Part shown: positions 57,006 through 64,000 of the stretch, one piece after another | How the letters are laid out: each line of letters starts with the position of its first letter | Position numbering within the stretch: the first letter of the stretch is position 1 | Assembly: GCA_002633005.1 (NCBI GenBank) | Contig: NMRA01000389.1 | Span: 62,001 to 126,000, forward strand | Reading direction: 5' to 3' | Length of the DNA stretch: 64,000 nucleotides | DNA from: Phoronis australis | Taxonomy: Eukaryota; Animalia; Phoronida | Made by a program: the position numbers and the translations under genes | The notes under the pieces: model-generated | The model's database searches: none | Seen by the model: only the letters and a program-made list of their open reading frames with translations | What the model was told of the DNA's origin: nothing

Positions 57006-59655
57006 AAAACTTGACACATATGATCACTCCATAAATTTAACTCCAGAATAATGGACTAACGGCCTTGTTTTAGTACCGGTAACTATGTTAGTGTACTCAG
57101 TTTTTCACTCATTAATTTGGTGACAGGTTTTACCTTGTTTTTGCCCAGAAAGCTGCACATTTCTACAGATTTGCACAATGGCTATGTCCATACAGAAGCC
57201 AAGAGGAAGAATTTACCAAGAACAGATCTAATGAGTAACACTATTTTTCGTTAGTGCCAGTTGGTCCAGAGGACCTGTCTACTGCTTTTACACTAGAGAT
57301 AGTTGTCAGTGTGTCAGTTGTCATGGCATGACTTGCTCAACTTTAGTCGCATTTACACGACATTAGATCGCAAACTGGATCAGCAAGAGTCACTTACACG
57401 AAGACTGTCGGCATATGCTCGCATAAACAACAGTGAATGTCCAAATCTCATGGAACTCCAGCAGATCACTCATATATAGGCAAGCTATAGTGCAAGCACA
57501 TTGAAAGATAGTCCTTTTCCGCCTTGCCCCAATTGTGTTTAGACGTGTAGTTGGAACTGGAGCAACTGACTGAGTGTAACTCAATCTACCTCTCAAATCC
57601 GTGTCAAAAATGGACGCCGTGGTGTCACTTAGTTCGTGTCATTAGATGTGTCTACACACACACTTGCACATGATCACCTATTCCTTGTAAGTAGCTTCAT
57701 GTAAGCCGTCTCTCGTATAATGTGTCTTAAGAAGAGTACGCGTGAATATCATTATTAGTCGATCTGGTGATCTTTTTTGGAATCTACTGAAACCGAGACT
57801 GAGAGGCCTGGGGTCTGTTTTATCAAAGTTACTTAAGATTTAAGACAAAAATTTGCTCTTACGCTCCCACTTCACAATTGCTTCAGACTCAGCAAACTAA
57901 TTATGAGCAAATCATAGTCTAGAAATAAATTATAGGAATTATCTCACTAACTCGTAATTATGTTATATTCCCAGAGACTTTGCTCTTTTGCTCAATTGGA
58001 ATTTATTTTATTATTTTTCCAAAAATAGTTTTGTGGAGTATAAGACCAAATTTCTGTCTTGCACCTTAAGTGACCCATGAAACAGACACCTATAATGTAC
58101 AGTAGGCTGTAGAGTATGCTGTACAGTAGGCTGTACGTAGACACGTAACCTGTCTGTAAACAACTATTTACAGACACGAGATTCACTCATGAAGGTAATT
58201 TACCCCTTGGAAGACATGTCTGCCTACACTTTTCAAAACAAAATGTTACCTGTCGTAATTACAAGGACTAAACAAACCAAAATACAGTAGAGTACCGGGT
58301 GTAAAGCACACATAAAAAGTGAGTTGATGAAAGAAGAAGAATGTGTCGAAATATAAGCATGCTCCACTCAAATGTGCATTTTATCAGTATTTATAAGTCA
58401 AATGGATGGGTTTCTCTTCAAATTGACTGAGGGGAATCATTTTGAACGTTACGTACCAGCACTGCGGGATGACTATTCCAACTTCACTGATCGACTAGCC
58501 GAGATACAGCCGTGCCATTATAGTTTGACTGCGATAGCAAGAAAAGAAAGTTGCCAAACCAATGTTTACATAGTCCAGCTCCCTCATTGCCTGGATTCAT
58601 CTGATAAGCTCACAGAACTCAGCAATTATGTTGTGAACAGCATGCCTGAAGCTAACCGATATTTAAAAATACTATTTCTAAATGTCGTTCAAGAAATGTC
58701 TTGAAGAAGATATGTTCTTTAAGAAATGCTACCACCAAGAAACTTCGAACGGAGAAAAGCGGTTGACTTTGAGAGAAATTAAACCTAAAGTTTAAACTGC
58801 TAGTTCCTTTGTGTGACTGTAAGCTATGACCCGCTTACTATCACAGCATTGTGTACAATAGGCTTCTTTGTCAAGTTTAATAGAATGCGATTCCAGATCA
58901 GATCGTGAAGTTGGAAATTTCTTGATTTTAACAGTTCACAGAAATGGTACGTAATAAGAGGCACTCAACTATTCGATTTTACCACTTTATCAACAGTACT
59001 TCTGCCATGAAGTTAATGTCGGGAATTGAGAAAGATGTTGTTGTAATACTGAACGTAGAAATAAACGAAAGTCAGAAGAACATTTCAAACACGAGTCTTT
59101 ATTCTAATACTGAAAACCTGGTGAACCCCGTCGTTCTAACAAATAGATATAATGCTTATACTACAAATGTCTGACCTAGCTTTTACTTGTATGCCATTTG
59201 GAAACGAGAGTAGCCAAGAGCTTCCTCTGGCAGAACCAAAAGCAGGTGAAGGGGTCGTTTTTCGGAAGTGTCCTTTTTAACAGATTTTTTTACAATTTGG
59301 GATTGGGAATCTTGCGAAGGAGACGTAAACAGAACAGATGAGGATTATGCTATGCATGTATGTTTGAAAACAACTTTGTAGCACATTCCAAATTTCTTTC
59401 ATAACCGCTATTCATGAAAACCGCAACCAAAGAAAACCAGTACACATGAGTGGCACTGATTTCTGAATCTGACTGGCTGCTGACCAGCTGACGTGCCTGA
59501 TCTCAGATTCAATCTTTGTCAACTGCATAAATTATTTAAGTTCATTCCATTTAATCTTAAACTTTGACTTCTTCGTTTTCATTTCCTCTGTTAGTCCAGA
59601 TGAATAGCACACGTACACAAATAAACAAGTGTTCATTAACCTCAATTTTGCTTAC

Positions 59656-60014
59656 CCTTGCAGAACTGTCCTCCAGCAAAAAGTCACAACAAATGTCAAA
59701 ATTTTCGTTTGGGTCTCTTGTTATCTTCAAACATTGAAGATCGCTTTCCTCTTCTTTCGGGTAATTCCGTGAATATCCTCATTCATCATATTTTCATTGA
59801 ATTTCACACCATAAAATCAACAAAAAGCTTTATTTTAATTGTAAAATACAATTTTTTTTCAATAAATTTGCATTTGAGTATTCAGATTCCACAAAGAAAG
59901 TATTCGTTTTTTTCGACGTTCACGGAGACAAACGAGACGGAAGAGCGGAAGTAGTTAATGCTAAGGCGGTCAAGCAAGTAAATGTAGGTCAACGACGCAG
60001 TCCATAACTGTAAC
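59656..60014. promoter_or_regulatory. Probable bidirectional promoter: PHTF non-coding exon 1 (-) and esterase-like gene (+)
   Basis: Minus-strand donor G/gtaagc at 59656/59655; tandem ETS/GABP-like CGGAAG sites (59938-59952); local CpG enrichment; ATG of the next gene at 60015. Confidence 0.45.
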
Positions 60015-63000
60015 ATGTTATACAAATTAGTGATTCTTTCGTTTGTTATTTCTTCGGATCTTATTACTCACATAGCAGGCCAGAGACCATGGGATCCAAA
60101 ATTACCTCTCCATGAGAGGTACTGGCCTAGGCTTGACAACATCACCGTCCGAACTGACCGCGGGGACGTGATGGGATTTACAATGGAGGTCGAGGGCCAG
60201 TTTTTAATCAGCAGTTTCTTGGGCTTACCGTATGCTAATCCACCGACCAGGGAGAACAGGTTTAAGGTCAGTAGTAGTAAGATTTAAATATGACAGTGTT
60301 GAATCTCTGGTCTGAAATCAACTGGTAAGACGACAGTCTTAACTATTAAGAAGTTGTTGTTTTTATCTGTGCTTTAGACTACGGCTTAGTATGAGTCATG
60401 GTTTACATGTGATTATTAATTGTTCATACTTCACAGACCCTCAGACAGTTTTAAACCTAATTTTTTACTTGTGCCACTTACCGTAAAATTGCTCATGTAT
60501 TGTTTCTTACTCATTTTAGAAGTGAACTCTGGATTCGGGAAAAACTGACATATCGTATTTCTTCAGACCATGCAAGCTCATAAATTTTGAGGTCAAGGTG
60601 TGAGTCGGAAGTCAACTGGTGCTAGCGAAAATCACCTTTTGTGCACAGATCTATGCCATCCATGGTCGAATTTCAAACCATCATCTACATTACAAACTTT
60701 GAAGTCTCAACGCCAAACTTCTACTTACCATTAATAGCTGCTTGTTTCAAACTAAAACTGGCACAACCCTAGACGCTCTTTTGTAGAGCTAAAAAAATTG
60801 TATGTAATGGAATTTACGGTGATTTTCATTCAAATCATAAAAAAGCAATTCCATGATTAAAATATCTATGCATTATTTTCTGCACTGCTTACGATCCTGT
60901 GAATATCAAGGATTTTAAAAATAACTTTTTTATGTCTGTAATTAAACCTTAAAATGTAATTTAAGAAATTTGATCTTTGTTAACAAAAGAGGCCAATTAC
61001 CTCAAGTAACTTGCTCAAGGTTACAGCTATATGACAACAATAATATTGGTAATCAAACTCACAGCATTTTGGTTGGGTACCACTGCACTTACCACAGAGC
61101 CAGGCCTGGGTTGTAATATGTCAAGCAACCCAAGTGTTGAATTGTTACTATTTTTAATTTCAAGGCTCCAGAGACTGATCTGTGGCACTGGGACAGAAAT
61201 AAAGTATGGAACGCTACATATTTCCGTCCAGCGTGTCCCCAGCCTGTCTCCTATTTGAGAAAGCGACTGCGTAATTACAATGAGACAGATGAGGACTGCT
61301 TGTATCTCAACATTTTTTATCCAAATGTAAGTTAAAAGTTGCATTGAAAAGTGATTCTTAATGTGAATTTATTGGAAAATAAAGAAAACCATGCCAATTT
61401 CAGTCAAAAGTTATTGTTAAAATAACCGCTTTTGATTTAAAGGGCCTCCGGTATGATCGTGGCAACAATAAAATAGTTGCAATAGTAAAGCAACTATATA
61501 TATATTTTATCGAAATTAGAAGAAGTTAAAGTTTCCTATTTATGTCATATATTGTTTTCTTAATTGGTGAGGTTTGCCACACACAAACTATTTCAGATAA
61601 ATGTTCACAGCAAGCTTCATTTAATATGTCACTCGAGCTGGTCTTGTGCTACATTCACTTAAGACTAAAAAGGTTGCCATCCAGGGACAAGTACAATGCA
61701 TTTAATTGTCCCTCTGAAAAATTTGTCGAGTCTAAAGTACGTCTTCCAATTGTCTCTCTGCGGGACAATGGGAAGACGTAATTTAGACTCAGGGAATTTT
61801 AAAGTTTTTGCTCTGTTGTTACTGAAGCTATATATTATATGGGTTTAACAGCATACAGGTATGCAGTATAGTTCATGAATATTTTGTATTTTATCGACCA
61901 GGGGGATGGCTAGGGGTAGCCAATGCCATGTGAAGTGGGTAATACGACATCGTCTAGAGCTATAGTCTAGTTGTTCAAGCTTAACTCGTTTGGGTTATTG
62001 AATGGTATTTGTCCCGCTGTTTTACTGTAGATCTTTTAAATATACTATAGAATTTTCTTTTATGAAACTCTTTTCAGCATATCAGAAGGGTCAAAATATT
62101 TTGAAACTTACTATTAGGAGCAAATAATGATAAATCAAACTCTTAAACTTTTAGTTGTAATGGTGATGACAAATACTGTGAAATCACTTGTTTGACGGAA
62201 GTATTTGTGAAATTTTATTGCACTTAAGCAGCTTACGTCAAGTTTCAGCATTGCGCTGTTCCAGAATTGAAACCAGTTAAAACTGCGCTCTTTTCTGTTT
62301 AGCTGTCTGATAAAACACAATCAGTACTAGTCCATCTCACAATTTACTTGTCATCATGAGGCTTAAGTTTATTTCTCTTAATTTCAACTGAATGTTGAAA
62401 CTCTTGTCATCATGCCGATGAAATTAATTAATTTTCCAATTTGATTTTGCTTAATTGGGCTGCTTATTGACTTCAAATTTGAGTAATAAATGAAAGGGAA
62501 GCACACCTTTTACTTTCTTGACCAACAAGCACTACTGGCAAAGCTGGACAAATGGTACAGTGGTTCTAGTTTGTGTCAATGTTTTCCAAACTGTGATGAA
62601 ATCTCTCTGTCTGGTTGGATCGAACTAGTGACAGTTTCACTGTGTTCTGTTTTGGTATTGCTTCAGCTGCACTATAGTTGGTTGTGTAACACTTCAGGTT
62701 TTTGTTCACGTGAATGGCATACTAGTACTGTTGTTGAAAATTGGTGTGGACGAGATGTGTTCCCTGATTATCAAAAAAAAAACGGTTTGTATTTATAAAA
62801 CACAGTGAGAAATATTAACAATATCACATGCTTTCTTAGATTTTCCTTCTATTCATTCACATTGCCATCATACATTTTAGAGAACGTATCTCCCTTACAA
62901 AGACAAAAGTTTTGTGTATCCCGTGATGGTGTACTTTCACGGAGGCCATTTTGTAAGAGGCGCTGCTCAGGAATACCCAGGGTTTATCTTGACTCAGTAC

Positions 63001-63856
63001 AATGTTGTGTTGGTCACTGTCAGCTATAGATTAGGTGCACTTGGTGAGTATGGCTAATGAAAGGAAGTACCATAAAGCTTTTAAAGGAGGCTCGGTTATT
63101 GAGACAAGTTGTCTGAAATATTAGCAATGTCTTTTGTGCATTTGGCACATTGGAGAAAGCGATTTAGTACTGTTTGTCGTCGCAGTTTTGACCTAGCAAG
63201 TAAACATAAGTCAAATCTGAAGCAGATAGGAAGTTGGAGGCATTTCTGTATCTGTGCGACATAATTGAATTCAAGTGTTATAAACTGTGAATGCATTGTT
63301 TTTATTATGCCATTCAAAACACAAAGACGTTCATTTATATCCAGTCATATGGACAAACTCTGTTTACAAAGTCTATGATACATGGATTTAAACTTGTCAT
63401 GAAGGCATCACACTCTTGTTGAATCTTATTGTCAACACTTAGAGGTTGTTAGATGTTGAAATCTGGTTAGGTCTTCGTTCATCGCATCGGATCAACTGTT
63501 TCTTGGTTTTCTTGGCAAATCACACAACATACTGGAATGAGGCGGATTCAGGAATGTGACTATAGCCGAGTAATTTCAATGACATTGGAGTTGAGCAGGG
63601 AACCAGTCATGCCTTATGTGTTTTGACAGCAACTTTAATACAAGACTTGAACTGTTTGTAGGATTTCTGTCAACAGAAGATGAGAATGCTAAAGGCAATT
63701 ATGGCCTGATGGACCAGTATGCTGCCTTGGAGTGGATAAAGACGCACATATCAAAGTTCAAAGGTGACAGAAACTCTATTACAGTTGTAGGGGAAGATGC
63801 AGGCGCAGTGTCCATAGGTCTGCAGATGGTGTCACCATGGAATGTAAACCGACCAG
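60015..63856 (+). CDS. Secreted type-B carboxylesterase/cholinesterase-like (neuroligin-like) protein, first four coding exons, continuing beyond the window; predicted catalytically inactive
   Basis: Exons 60015-60266, 61165-61326, 62881-63043, 63662-63856, in phase. Signal peptide MLYKLVILSFVISS; FLGLPYANPP...RFK, ACPQ, EDCLYLNIF, PVMVYFHGG, VTVSYRLGALGFLS, GNYGLMDQ..ALEWI, F.GD...ITVVGEDAG. Confidence 0.92.
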
Positions 63857-64000
63857 GTGAGTGATGTTTTGTTTGTTAGGTGTAAGGGGACGTTGGTTGC
63901 AATAATCAACCTGGCGTTTCCTACTTGGTTGAAATCTTTTTTGGTTGATAGTAATTTTACCATTGATGAAACATCTTCACTCCTGTGGGTGTTTTTATTA

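Noticed and set aside
58372-59174. 110-aa and 76-aa plus-strand ORFs
   Set aside because: No recognisable motifs, splice structure or compositional signal; probably chance ORFs or very old repeat remnants.

Overview
AT-rich, intron-rich animal genomic DNA from an invertebrate; the gene and repeat style suggests a lophotrochozoan such as a mollusc, but this is inference. It is a draft assembly with N-gaps. I spliced six protein-coding genes by hand using GT-AG sites and exon phase: (1) the 3' part of eRF3/GSPT (+, 1898-6904); (2) CANT1 apyrase (-, 10079-14014); (3) folliculin FLCN (+, 17542-23438), divergent from CANT1; (4) an unrecognised 3-exon, 181-aa gene (+, 25231-27105) with internal repeats and RFX/forkhead-like promoter motifs; (5) PHTF (-, 17 coding exons, 30569-49613); (6) the 5' part of a secreted type-B carboxylesterase/neuroligin-like gene (+, from 60015) whose catalytic Ser is replaced by Asp (GEDAG). 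Introns and spacers carry decayed L1/Tx1 and CR1/L2-group LINEs, a decayed ISL2EU-type Harbinger element (TIRs, AT TSD, THAP and SAP/SWIM remnants), MITEs, a tRNA-derived SINE and minisatellites. The most unusual observations are the FLCN 3' UTR, built from about six degenerate tandem copies of the gene's own C-terminal coding segment; two 2-codon uORFs in the FLCN leader; the orphan, possibly ciliary, gene; and a probable very compact PHTF/pseudo-esterase bidirectional promoter. No rRNA, bona fide tRNA or CRISPR array was seen.
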